DNA of 64,000 bases from NCBI RefSeq assembly GCF_947646745.1, contig NZ_CANSHK010000002.1:20816-84815 (forward strand), written 5' to 3'. The notes under the pieces were generated by a model. It was not told the origin of the DNA, ran no database searches, and was given only the letters and a program-made list of their open reading frames with translations. Source of the stretch: an uncultured Methylovirgula sp. GTDB taxonomy: Bacteria; Pseudomonadota; Alphaproteobacteria; Rhizobiales; Beijerinckiaceae. The position numbers were made by a program, and so were the translations under genes. How positions within the stretch are numbered: the stretch's first letter is position 1; every line of letters begins with the position of its first letter. Positions 9,960 to 18,728 of this stretch are shown here, one piece after another.

Positions 9960-10934
9960 TTATTGGGCGGCGGTCTCGCCGATCGGCACGCCGGCGCCGG
10001 GGATCGTTTCGAGATCGAAGGGGCGTACCGGGGGCATCGGCACCTTGCCTACGAAAATATGGCCGGGCGGCAAAGCATCGGCGGATTCGCTGCCGTCTCC
10101 CGGCTGGGCCGCAGCAGGCTGTTGCTGCGCCACGGCCGGCGCCGTTTGCGGCACATCGTTCGGATCGGCCGAGGCGGTCTGCACCGGCTCGTCGGCAGCA
10201 TCGGCGTTGGCCAGCATGCTCGGCGCGCCGGATGGTGTCGACCCGTCGTTGCGCAAGGTGGACGCCAATTTCTCGTCGTCGGACCCTTCGAGGCTCGCGC
10301 GGCCGAGATATTCGATCTTCACCTTCGTCGTGCCGGTGCGGCGGAAATCGAGCAGGTCGGCGACGCGGCGCGACACGTCCATGATACGGCCCGGCGCGAA
10401 GGGGCCGCGGTCGTTGACCCGCACGACCATCGAGTAATGATTGCGCAGATTGGTGACGCGCGCATAGCTCGGCAGCGGCATGGTCGGATGCGCGGCCGAG
10501 ATCGAATTGCGGTCGAAAATTTCGCCGTTCGCGGTGCGGCGGCCGTGGAACGCATCGCCGTACCAAGAGGCATAGCCGACGGCGACATAATGCTTGCGCT
10601 CGCTCGGATAATACATGTGCCCGGCGACCATATAGGGATGGCCGACGAGATATTTGCCGCCGCCGTGCGGAACCGCTTCGCCGTCGGCAACGACGCGCGG
10701 ACTTGCCGCGCCATAGATCGATTGCGGGAAATATTCGGAGGAATGGACTCCGACCGGTTGTTGCGCACAACCGCCAAGCCCAAGCGCGGCGACAGCCGCA
10801 ACGGCGAGCGGCGCAAAGAAGAAGGCCGATACGCGAGCCGACTTCGTCGGAGTGCCGGAGCGCCCGATATAAGCCAAGCGCGGCCAGAACTTTAAGCTAT
10901 CCAACCCGAATCCCCCGTCTTCCGCATGCCGCAT
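9960..10934 (-). CDS. rlpA: Septal-ring lytic transglycosylase RlpA family lipoprotein
   Basis: Lipobox LGLGGC. DPBB core GYASWYGDAFHGRRTANGEIFD...ARVTNL...VRVNDRGPF. Pro/Ala-rich C-terminal tail. Confidence 0.9.
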   Translation of the reverse strand: MRHAEDGGFGLDSLKFWPRLAYIGRSGTPTKSARVSAFFFAPLAVAAVAALGLGGCAQQPVGVHSSEYFPQSIYGAASPRVVADGEAVPHGGGKYLVGHPYMVAGHMYYPSERKHYVAVGYASWYGDAFHGRRTANGEIFDRNSISAAHPTMPLPSYARVTNLRNHYSMVVRVNDRGPFAPGRIMDVSRRVADLLDFRRTGTTKVKIEYLGRASLEGSDDEKLASTLRNDGSTPSGAPSMLANADAADEPVQTASADPNDVPQTAPAVAQQQPAAAQPGDGSESADALPPGHIFVGKVPMPPVRPFDLETIPGAGVPIGETAAQ

Positions 10935-11360
10935 CGTGACCCCGCTTCGCGGATGAAGCTGCGCGCGCGGCCTTGCTAAAACTTTAAATGTTCAGCACTG
11001 GCGGCCGCGCGATTGCGGCATGCAAGACTTGGGAGTGGGCCCAGGAATTCAGACGAAATTGCGGCAAGTGCATCGGTGTTGCATTTTGGTATCCGCCTAA
11101 GACCATGCAATCTCTTCGCATTTCCGCGTCCAAAAGCGGTACGCAAACGTACGGGATCAAAGGGAAAAATCACATCGGCGAATTTGCGTTAACGACAAAT
11201 CAAATTTTTCCAATCGTGTGGCCGACTGCAACGCTTAAGAGCTGAAATCTCCCTGCCGTTGCCTTGGGGTGACAGGTTTTGGTTGGAGTCTGCCTTAATC
11301 TGACAATGGTGGCGCGCTTGCAGATTCGCAGGCCGTGGGTTCGAGCATTGCGGAGGGGCT

Positions 11361-12812
11361 GTGAAGACATTTCATGGGACGGTCGGCTTGGTTATGGCGC
11401 TGATCGCCGGCCCTGCCCTCGCTGCGGACCTGCCTTCCACCAAAGCGCCTCCGGTCTATGCGCCGCCGCCGCCGGTTTTGAGCTGGACCGGGTTCTATCT
11501 CGACGCCTCGGGCGGTTACGGCGAATGGGACGGCAACACCACGACGGCCATCGCCGGGACCAACGAAGTCCAAGGCGGCCGCGGCTTCCTCGGCCGCGTC
11601 GGCGCAGGCTTTGACTATCAATTCGCCGATCATTTCGTCGCCGGCGTCTTTGGCGACGGCACCTATGGCCGCATGACCGGCATCATCCAGGATGCGGGCG
11701 CGGGATTGAGCGGCAACACCAATCAGAACTGGTCATGGGCGGCCGGCGGCCGCTTGGGCTGGCTGATGACGCCGGACCTTCTCATCTATGGCAATGCCGG
11801 CTTCACCCAAGCGCATTTCACCGGCTCGACCCTATACGGGTCCTTCACCGGCGCCTTCAGCGGCAATTCGATTCCCGGTTTCACGGCGAACGGCTGGTTT
11901 GCCGGCGTCGGCTTCGAGACCCTGTTTGCCCCTGGCTGGTTCTGGCGGACGGAATATCGCTTCGCCGATTATAGCGCGCGCAATTTGGCCGATACCGGCG
12001 CGCTGGGGCCGCTCAACAGCATCCACTTCCATCCCTACGCTCAGACGATCACCTCGGGCGTCGTCTACAAATTCGGCTGGCCGGATTTCAATGCGCCCGG
12101 CATTCCGTCGTTCACCCAGATCACCGATGGCTTCGGCCCGGCTCCGGCGGTAACGAACTGGACCGGTGTCTATGCCGACGCCGGGATCGGCTACGGCCTC
12201 TGGACCGCCAATACCAGCGTCTATAATCCGGCAACCGGCGGCTGCCTCGTTTGCGTCACGCAGCGCCAGGGTGGCCGCGGCGTCTATGGCAGCGTCGGCG
12301 CGGGCTATGATTACCAGCTGACGAGCAAGATCGTCGCCGGCGTTCTCGGCGAATACAATCCCTCCGATATGCGTGGCACGCTCGTCGATCAGGCGAACGG
12401 CCTCGTCGGATCGGTCAGCCAGAATTGGGCTTGGGCGGCGGGCGCACGGCTCGGCTGGCTGGTCTCGCCGGCGGTCTTGACTTATGCCAAGGCCGGATTC
12501 ACCCAGGCGCGCTTCGGCGGCGCCAATCTGCAAGGCGCGTTCGGCGGCGGCGCGACCGGGATCGGCACGCCCGGCTTTACGACGGACGGCTGGTTCGTCG
12601 GCGGCGGTGTCGAGGCGGAATTCGCGCCCGGCTGGTTCTGGCGGGCGGATTATCGCTATGCCGAATACGGCTCGCACGAACTTCCCGAGCTCGGCGCCGG
12701 CGCACCGACGACGATCCATTTCCGTCCGGAGGAACAGGCCGCGACCTTGGGTCTTGTCTACAAGTTCAATTGGGCGCCGCCGGCGCCGGCTCCGGTCGTG
12801 GCGAAATACTGA
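11361..12812 (+). CDS. Outer-membrane beta-barrel protein, tandem Omp25/Omp31-like duplication
   Basis: GTG start 5 nt after GGAGGGG. Signal peptide ...GPALA/ADLPS. Two internally homologous halves, each ending in an aromatic-rich VYKF(G/N)W terminal strand. Confidence 0.85.
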   Translation: MKTFHGTVGLVMALIAGPALAADLPSTKAPPVYAPPPPVLSWTGFYLDASGGYGEWDGNTTTAIAGTNEVQGGRGFLGRVGAGFDYQFADHFVAGVFGDGTYGRMTGIIQDAGAGLSGNTNQNWSWAAGGRLGWLMTPDLLIYGNAGFTQAHFTGSTLYGSFTGAFSGNSIPGFTANGWFAGVGFETLFAPGWFWRTEYRFADYSARNLADTGALGPLNSIHFHPYAQTITSGVVYKFGWPDFNAPGIPSFTQITDGFGPAPAVTNWTGVYADAGIGYGLWTANTSVYNPATGGCLVCVTQRQGGRGVYGSVGAGYDYQLTSKIVAGVLGEYNPSDMRGTLVDQANGLVGSVSQNWAWAAGARLGWLVSPAVLTYAKAGFTQARFGGANLQGAFGGGATGIGTPGFTTDGWFVGGGVEAEFAPGWFWRADYRYAEYGSHELPELGAGAPTTIHFRPEEQAATLGLVYKFNWAPPAPAPVVAKY

Positions 12813-12834
12813 GCGGCAAGGACGGGCGCGGAGC

Positions 12835-13338
12835 CTATTCGCGGCCCGAATTCGGGGCCGCGATCCGGTAATGCTCGGCGAGATGAAAGCCGATGAGTTC
12901 GGCGAAGAGCTTGAACATGCCGACGGCGGCCGGCGTCTTCACGCGCGCCGGCTTGGTATCGACCGCGCATAAGGTGCCGAAGAAGCTTCCGTCCGGCAGC
13001 AGCAGTGGCACCGAAATGTAGCTCTGGAAGCCGTAGAGTTTGGGCGTCGGATGCTGGCAATAGACCTCGTCTGTCGCGACTTCGTCGATGGCGACCGGCC
13101 GCCCGCTCTGTCTTATGTCGCGGCAGATGGTCGTTTCGATCACGAGTTCGTCCCCGGGCTCGATGCCGAAATTGATCGTGTCGCGCACGTCGCAGGCGAC
13201 CCAACGGTCTTCCGTGACGCGCGCGACGACGGCAAAACCCATGCCCGTGGTTTCACAGACGACGTCGAGGATCGTGCGCACGACCGGGATGCGCTGGACA
13301 AGGCTGATATCGAAACCGATCGGATCGGGTACTTGCAT
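12835..13338 (-). CDS. Stand-alone GAF-domain protein
   Basis: 167 aa with GAF-like core (...SYISVPLLLPDGSFFGTLCAVD...). No output domain. Confidence 0.7.
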   Translation of the reverse strand: MQVPDPIGFDISLVQRIPVVRTILDVVCETTGMGFAVVARVTEDRWVACDVRDTINFGIEPGDELVIETTICRDIRQSGRPVAIDEVATDEVYCQHPTPKLYGFQSYISVPLLLPDGSFFGTLCAVDTKPARVKTPAAVGMFKLFAELIGFHLAEHYRIAAPNSGRE

Positions 13339-13489
13339 TGCAAATATCCCCTATCGTTGTCCGACCCATTATAGCGGCAGCGTCGACACAAATGAAGGCG
13401 AAGGTCCGGCAACGCGGCCGCAGCCGGCGATGCGTCCGGTGCGCGGTCGCGCCGACGGTGTCGTTTGATGGCGCCGGACCGGCGCCCGG

Positions 13490-13651
13490 CTAGGTGAGAT
13501 TATTGGCGACGGCGTTGAACTTGGCCGAGAGGCTGGTGCCGACGGTGGAGATGGCGGCAATGATCACAACGGCGATGAGCCCGGCGATGAGGCCATATTC
13601 GATAGCCGTGGCACCGGATTCGTTCTTAAGAAACGCGCGAAAGATCTTCAT
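13490..13651 (-). CDS. Flp/Fap-family type IVb pilin (53 aa)
   Basis: Hand-translated ORF, too short for the track: MKIFRAFLKNESGATAIEYGLIAGLIAVVIIAAISTVGTSLSAKFNAVANNLT. It carries the canonical G/ATAIEYGLI prepilin processing motif and hydrophobic helix. A GC-rich palindrome GGCGCCGG-A-CCGGCGCC follows the stop. Confidence 0.85.
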   Translation of the reverse strand: MKIFRAFLKNESGATAIEYGLIAGLIAVVIIAAISTVGTSLSAKFNAVANNLT

Positions 13652-14012
13652 CTGATTTCCTTATTACGCGGACCGCATAGCATGCCGGAACGGCGAGCCC
13701 ATGCTTACAGGCCGGCCGCTGCAAACTGCTTAATGAATCGTAAGCAGATGGACGCGTGCGTGGTTGGGATTTGTTTACCTTGGCCGCAGCAATATTTCGT
13801 TCAGCGTAAATTTTCGCGCGACGTCGGAGTTTGCCGATCTCGTCCCGCCAATCGGATTTCGCCGGGATCGACGACCTGGCCGCTTTGCTCGCCGGCAACC
13901 GCGATTATTTTTCTGGGGACGCGGCTCCCGCGCGACAGCCGCCGAGCTTGAATCCCGGCGCCGGTAGGATGCAATCGGGTGCGGCGATGAGCCGGGCGGG
14001 AGGAGCCCTCGA

Positions 14013-14222
14013 ATGCCAGAACCATCCGACCTTGGCGGCGACGAGGAATGGTCGGAAATCGATCTCCGTGAGTTACGCCTGGCGATGGAGAACGGCCACT
14101 CCATCGAAAAAGCTGCGCGCTTCCTCTGCCGTGTGACGGCCATGGATGAAGTGGCTCATAAGGTCTTTGAGCTGGGGCTTAAGCAGAGGCCGAAACCCCG
14201 CCGTAAAGCAAATCGGCATTGA
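14013..14222 (+). CDS. Small hypothetical protein upstream of ku
   Basis: 69-aa ORF with GGGAGGAG 7 nt upstream of the ATG. Acidic N-terminus, helical core (IDLRELRLAMENGHSIEKAARFL) and basic tail. Ends 63 nt before the ku start. Confidence 0.55.
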   Translation: MPEPSDLGGDEEWSEIDLRELRLAMENGHSIEKAARFLCRVTAMDEVAHKVFELGLKQRPKPRRKANRH

Positions 14223-14285
14223 TCAATTGACTCTGCCGAGCAGCGGTCCAGATTCGGGCTCCTTGTTTTGCGTAAGGAGGATGTC

Positions 14286-15239
14286 TTGGCTGCTCGTCCT
14301 TATTGGAGGGGATACCTCAAGCTGTCCCTGGTCTCCTGCCCGATCGCGCTTTACCCCGCGACCTCGAGTTCGGAGCGTATCGCCTTCCGCCAGATCAACA
14401 AGAAAACCGGCAATCGGCTGCGCCAACAGCTCGTCGACGAGGTGACGCGCGAGCCGGTCGAAAGCGAGGACAAGGGCAAGGGCTACGAATATGCCAAGGA
14501 CAGCTATGTCATGATCGACGATAACGAGCTCGAGGCCGTCCAAATCGAGAGCAGCAAGACGATCGATATCGACGCTTTCGTGCCCAGGGCGCAGATCGAC
14601 GAGCGTTATTTCAATTCGAGCTATTATATCGTTCCCGACGGTAAGGTCGGCCAAGAGGCGTTTGCGGTCATCCGCGAGGCGATGCGCGACAAGAAGATGG
14701 CGGCGCTTGCCCGGGTCGTTCTCAGCAAACGCGAGCACGTCATCATGCTTCAGCCCTGGGACAAAGGCATGATGGGAACGACGCTGCGTTACCCTTATGA
14801 GGTCCGCAAATCAGACGATCTCTTCAGCGAGATCGAGGACTTCAAAATCCAACCCGATATGCTGAAACTCGCGGACCATATCGTCGAAAGCAAAACGGCC
14901 GATTTCGACCCGGCGCAGTTTCACGATCGTTATGAAGACGCCGTGGTCGAATTGATCCGGTCGAAGCGCGCCGGCCTGCCGTCGGCGCCGCAGCGCCTGT
15001 CCGAGACGGCGCCGAATGTCGTGAGCCTTATGGACGCGTTGAAACGCAGCCTAGCCGACGGTAAGCGCACCCCGGCGGCCGATGCCCCCGCCCCGGCTCC
15101 AAAGGCGAAGCCCAAGAAACCTGCCAAGCGCGCGCAGGGCCAAGCTGAAATGCTTCTGCCGATTGAGGGAAAGGGCAAGAAGTCCGAGCCCGCTGCAAAG
15201 CCCGCCGGTCGCTCGGCGCCGCGCAAGCGTGCGGGCTGA
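14286..15239 (+). CDS. ku: Non-homologous end-joining protein Ku
   Basis: AARPYWRGYLKLSLVSCPIALYPAT N-terminus typical of bacterial Ku. Lys/Ala/Pro-rich C-terminal tail. I prefer the TTG at 14286, 5 nt after AAGGAGG; the in-frame TTG at 14268 is the alternative. Confidence 0.9.
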   Translation: MAARPYWRGYLKLSLVSCPIALYPATSSSERIAFRQINKKTGNRLRQQLVDEVTREPVESEDKGKGYEYAKDSYVMIDDNELEAVQIESSKTIDIDAFVPRAQIDERYFNSSYYIVPDGKVGQEAFAVIREAMRDKKMAALARVVLSKREHVIMLQPWDKGMMGTTLRYPYEVRKSDDLFSEIEDFKIQPDMLKLADHIVESKTADFDPAQFHDRYEDAVVELIRSKRAGLPSAPQRLSETAPNVVSLMDALKRSLADGKRTPAADAPAPAPKAKPKKPAKRAQGQAEMLLPIEGKGKKSEPAAKPAGRSAPRKRAG

Positions 15240-15292
15240 AGGGCACGGCCAGCGAACGCATTGCGCCGCTGCGGCCAGGAAGACCGAGGGTC

Positions 15293-15439
15293 TCAGCGGC
15301 GATAGCGCAGCAGGCCAATTAAAATGACGGGGATGAGGAGGAGCAGAACGGCAGCAATGATGCCCTCCGCCACGTGAATGGCGCCTCGATCGGTGACGCC
15401 AATCAGAAAGCACCACCAACCAACCAGTCGATCAAGCAT
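15293..15439 (-). CDS. Small hypothetical membrane protein (48 aa)
   Basis: MLDRLVGWWCFLIGV...IIAAVLLLLIPVILIGLLRYRR gives two hydrophobic segments. A G-rich SD lies about 6 nt upstream of the ATG at 15439. Confidence 0.35.
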   Translation of the reverse strand: MLDRLVGWWCFLIGVTDRGAIHVAEGIIAAVLLLLIPVILIGLLRYRR

Positions 15440-15516
15440 CGCGAATCCCCCCGGAAAAGCCGACAGATAGCGCACCGCCGAGGCATCGCAAGGCCAAAGC
15501 TAAGTCACTGAGATTA

Positions 15517-15593
15517 TGGCGACCCCGGCAGGGCTCGAACCTGCGACCTGCCGCTTAGAAGGCGGCTGCTCTATCCAGCTGAGCTACGGGGCC
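15517..15593 (-). tRNA. tRNA-Arg (anticodon TCT)
   Basis: 77-nt cloverleaf folded by hand: GGCCCCG acceptor, GCTC/GAGC D arm, anticodon loop CTTCTAA, TTCGAGC T loop, encoded CCA. Confidence 0.95.
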
Positions 15594-15611
15594 TTGCCCG
15601 GTCTGTTCGTT

Positions 15612-15917
15612 TCAATGCGTCCACTGGCCTAAACGCGTCGATTTAAAATTGTCGGAATAGGACAGGATTTTGCGGCTCGTGGGCTTCGGCTCTTCGAGCA
15701 GGAAAGGAATGCCGTTCTTTTCGGCATAGGCCATCGCCTCCGCCTGCGTGCCGAACCAGAGCCGAACCTGGCGGCGCGTGTCGCGCGTGCCGGTCCAGCC
15801 CATGAGCGGATCGATCTGCGGCGCGAATTCCGGCGGAAATTCAAGCACCCAGTTCTTGCTTCTCGCCTGGCCCGATTGCGTCGCCGTCCGGCTCGGCCGA
15901 TAGATGCGTGCGTTCAT
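15612..15917 (-). CDS. NDUFS4-like 'ETC complex I subunit conserved region' protein
   Basis: MNARIYRPSRTATQSGQARSKNWVLEF...PLMGWTG...F...AYAEKNGIPF matches the small alphaproteobacterial NDUFS4 homologue. The start is set at MNARIY because the longer TTG start would abut tRNA-Pro. Confidence 0.8.
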   Translation of the reverse strand: MNARIYRPSRTATQSGQARSKNWVLEFPPEFAPQIDPLMGWTGTRDTRRQVRLWFGTQAEAMAYAEKNGIPFLLEEPKPTSRKILSYSDNFKSTRLGQWTH

Positions 15918-15949
15918 TCCTGAAATCCGATCTTCGACAATCGACAAGT

Positions 15950-16026
15950 TGGTCGGGGCAGCAGGATTCGAACCTGCGACCTGAAGTACCCAAAACTTCC
16001 GCGCTACCAGGCTGCGCTATACCCCG
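15950..16026 (-). tRNA. tRNA-Pro (anticodon TGG)
   Basis: 77-nt cloverleaf: CGGGGTA acceptor, anticodon loop TTTGGGT, TTCGAAT T loop, encoded CCA. Confidence 0.95.
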
Positions 16027-16099
16027 AAGAGCGATAAGCCGCCCTGCCCGTTCGGCGTCCCAGCTAGCATGCCCCCGAAGACCGGACAAGGCGCCGCCC

Positions 16100-16570
16100 T
16101 CATGGGGTGAAGATGGCGTCGCGGACCCGGTCGCCCACCTTGAGGCCGATCCGGGCGGCTGTCCCGCCACGGACTTCGAGCACCGCGTCGGTCGGCACGC
16201 CGACGCTCAAAATCTTCTCCGACATGGGCTCGGCATTGGCGATAATGCCGACGACCTTGCCGGTCTTGTCCATGAAGATCATGTCGAGCGGAATGAAGGT
16301 GTTCTTCATCCACATCATGATGTTTTGCTCGCGCTGGAAATCGAACAGCATGCCGTAATCGGCCGGGATCGATTTGCGGAACATCAGGCCCTTTTCGAGA
16401 TCGGGCTGAGAGCGCATCACATCGACATTGAACGGATGGCTGCCGCTCGACGTCTCAATCGCCAGGACGTTGCGATCGGATTGCGCAAGTCCGGCAAGCG
16501 GCGCGACGGCAAGCAGGGCGAGAAACGCGCCGAAAACGCGCCAGTGACGAACGAAATGAGAAGGCGCCAT
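16100..16570 (-). CDS. DUF192-domain protein (secreted)
   Basis: Signal peptide MAPSHFVRHWRVFGAFLALLAVAPLAGLAQS. DUF192 core ...GLMFR...GMLF...MWMKNTFIPLDMIF... Confidence 0.8.
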   Translation of the reverse strand: MAPSHFVRHWRVFGAFLALLAVAPLAGLAQSDRNVLAIETSSGSHPFNVDVMRSQPDLEKGLMFRKSIPADYGMLFDFQREQNIMMWMKNTFIPLDMIFMDKTGKVVGIIANAEPMSEKILSVGVPTDAVLEVRGGTAARIGLKVGDRVRDAIFTP

Positions 16571-16617
16571 AGCATGATCCGGTTGCGCAGCCCCGCGGCC
16601 GCGCTTCTCATGCCGGA

Positions 16618-17214
16618 TCAGTGCGAGGAAGGCAAGGCCGCTTCGAGCGGCCGTACCTCGGCCGCCATCAGGCCTTTCGGGCCGTCGCCGAAACGCACCA
16701 GCAGGCTGTCGCCGGGTTTCAGCTCGGCAATGCCATAGCGGCGCAAGGTTTCCATGTGGACGAAAATGTCCTCGGTGCCGTCGCCGCGCGAAACGAAGCC
16801 GAAGCCACGCACACGGTTGAACCATTTGACGACGCAGATCTCATAGCCGCTGGTCGGCGTGACCTGGACATGCGTGCGCGATTGCAATTGCGCCGGATGG
16901 ATGGCGGTCGATTCGTCCATCGATACGACACGCAAGACTTGCAAGCCCTTGCTGCGGGCCGCCGCCTCGCAGACGATACGGGTGCCCTCGTGGGCGGTCT
17001 GGAAACCGTCGCGCCGCAGCGTCGTTACATGCAGAAGAACGTCCGGCAGGCCATTGTCGGGTACGATAAAACCGTAGCCTTTGGCGACGTCGAACCATTT
17101 GATGCGCCCGGCGATCTCGACCAGGCCCAGACTTGAAGCGCCAATCTCTTCGGCGCTCTGTTCAAGCTCAGTGCTTACGCCCGCATGCGCCGATTGAAAA
17201 TCGCTGCTGCTCAA
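16618..17214 (-). CDS. Cold-shock-domain protein with two CSDs (paralogue of 1259-1918)
   Basis: CSD cores [16 protein letters not shown] and [26 protein letters not shown]. Confidence 0.9.
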   Translation of the reverse strand: MSSSDFQSAHAGVSTELEQSAEEIGASSLGLVEIAGRIKWFDVAKGYGFIVPDNGLPDVLLHVTTLRRDGFQTAHEGTRIVCEAAARSKGLQVLRVVSMDESTAIHPAQLQSRTHVQVTPTSGYEICVVKWFNRVRGFGFVSRGDGTEDIFVHMETLRRYGIAELKPGDSLLVRFGDGPKGLMAAEVRPLEAALPSSH

Positions 17215-17462
17215 CGGACCAGCTCCCCACGCCCCGCTCGCGGCTTAGCCACGATGCGCAATCACATCGAATCAATCTCATCTCGATAATGAGGATAGCA
17301 TTCGGCGGTTGCGGCAAAAGCGGGAAATTCGGCGAAGCTGTGGATGACTCCAACAATGGCGTGCGCTGGCGCACGCGAGATCGAGAGCGGGATGATTTCG
17401 CAACAATTTTCCGCGCCGGCCGCTTGGCTGCGCAAAAATTGGCGGAGGCGGGAGTGAAAAAC

Positions 17463-17538
17463 TGGCTCCCTGAGCAGGACTCGAACCTGCGACCGATCGA
17501 TTAACAGTCGATTGCTCTACCAGCTGAGCTATCAGGGA
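17463..17538 (-). tRNA. tRNA-Asn (anticodon GTT)
   Basis: 76-nt cloverleaf: TCCCTGA acceptor, anticodon loop CTGTTAA, TTCGAGT T loop, encoded CCA. Confidence 0.95.
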
Positions 17539-17692
17539 ACGGAAGCGCGCATATAGCAAGCTGTGGGCCGCTTTGCAAAGCTGGAAATAAGCCGGAATGA
17601 ACCTTCCCGGCGGCTTTTGTGCCGCGCGAGTTGCCGTCGGCGGTGCGCCTTGCTATAGCGGCGACCGCTGGCGGGGCCGCCCCTGCCGCGAC

Positions 17693-17766
17693 GGCCTCGT
17701 GGCGGAGTGGTTACGCAGAGGACTGCAAATCCTTCTATCCCGGTTCGATTCCGGGCGAGGCCTCCA
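17693..17766 (+). tRNA. tRNA-Cys (anticodon GCA)
   Basis: 74-nt cloverleaf: GGCCTCG acceptor, anticodon loop CTGCAAA, TTCGATT T loop, encoded CCA. Confidence 0.95.
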
Positions 17767-17828
17767 TTCGGGCACCCGGCCGGACCGCGTGCCCTGCGCG
17801 CGCTAGGGCTGCTCAGAGCGCTGCTTGC

Positions 17829-18620
17829 CTAAGGCTTTTTGGCGCGGTTCACCGCATAATCCATGAGTTTGAACTTGGCGGCATAGGGCAGCGCGCGGAT
17901 AAATTTCGACAGCGCCGTCAATTGCCAGGGAAAGGCGATCTCGAATCCGCCGCGTTCGAATCCGTCGCAGATGATTTTCGCCGCCGCCTCCGGCTCGATT
18001 TTATAAGGCTGGGCGAAATCCTTTTCCTGGTCGGTCATCGCCGTGCGGACGAAGCCGTGATTGATGACCTGGAGCGTGACTCCGGCCTCGCGATACATCT
18101 GCGACAGCGCTTCGGCCATATAGATGAGCGCCGCCTTGGAGGAGCCGTAAATCGCCGAAGACGGCAGGCCGTTATAGCCGGCAAGCGAGGCGTTTATGGC
18201 GATCTGGCCGCGGTGGCGCTGCGCCATCGCCGCCAGCAGCGGGTCGAGGCAGTTGGCAGTGCCTTGAACGTTGACCGCGTAAGTTTGCGCGACCAAGGCG
18301 GCGTCGAAGCCTTCGCGCTCGACATGAAGCGACAGGCCGGCGTTGAGAAAAGCCAGCGCAATCGGTCCCTGATCCTTCTCAATCTGCGCGATCAGCGTTC
18401 GATTGCCGGCCGTGTCCCGCACGTCGCCGGGATAGGCGAAGATCTGCGCCGGGCGGGTTGCGGCGAGCTCCCTCAAGTCATCGGCGCGGCGCGCCATGGC
18501 CGCGACGCTATAGCCGCGCTCGGCCAACTCGATGACGACGGCACGGCCGATGCCGGAACTGGCGCCGCTGACGAAAGCGATGCCGTCGCTCGGCTTGGCC
18601 CGGTAGCTTTTCTTGCTCAT
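17829..18620 (-). CDS. SDR-family oxidoreductase
   Basis: SGASSGIGRA cofactor motif and YGSSK catalytic motif. The start is set at MSKKSYRAKP (ATG at 18620). The 570-aa track ORF is an artefactual extension antisense to the next gene. Confidence 0.85.
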   Translation of the reverse strand: MSKKSYRAKPSDGIAFVSGASSGIGRAVVIELAERGYSVAAMARRADDLRELAATRPAQIFAYPGDVRDTAGNRTLIAQIEKDQGPIALAFLNAGLSLHVEREGFDAALVAQTYAVNVQGTANCLDPLLAAMAQRHRGQIAINASLAGYNGLPSSAIYGSSKAALIYMAEALSQMYREAGVTLQVINHGFVRTAMTDQEKDFAQPYKIEPEAAAKIICDGFERGGFEIAFPWQLTALSKFIRALPYAAKFKLMDYAVNRAKKP

Positions 18621-18728
18621 GCGCCCGCACCACCCCGATCCATGACGGCAAAGCGCCTCACCGGCGCGGCTCGACAGGTCGCGCTGCGAGCTTTTATATA
18701 GCCCATGATTTTGGTCAGGAATGCCAAT

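Noticed and set aside
11300-11350. tRNA-like 3' fragment (…GCAGGCCGTGGGTTCGAGCATTGCGG…)
   Set aside because: It contains a TTCGAGC T-loop-like string, but the flanking arms are not complementary and no acceptor stem or CCA context exists. It is probably a chance resemblance in the OMP gene's upstream region.
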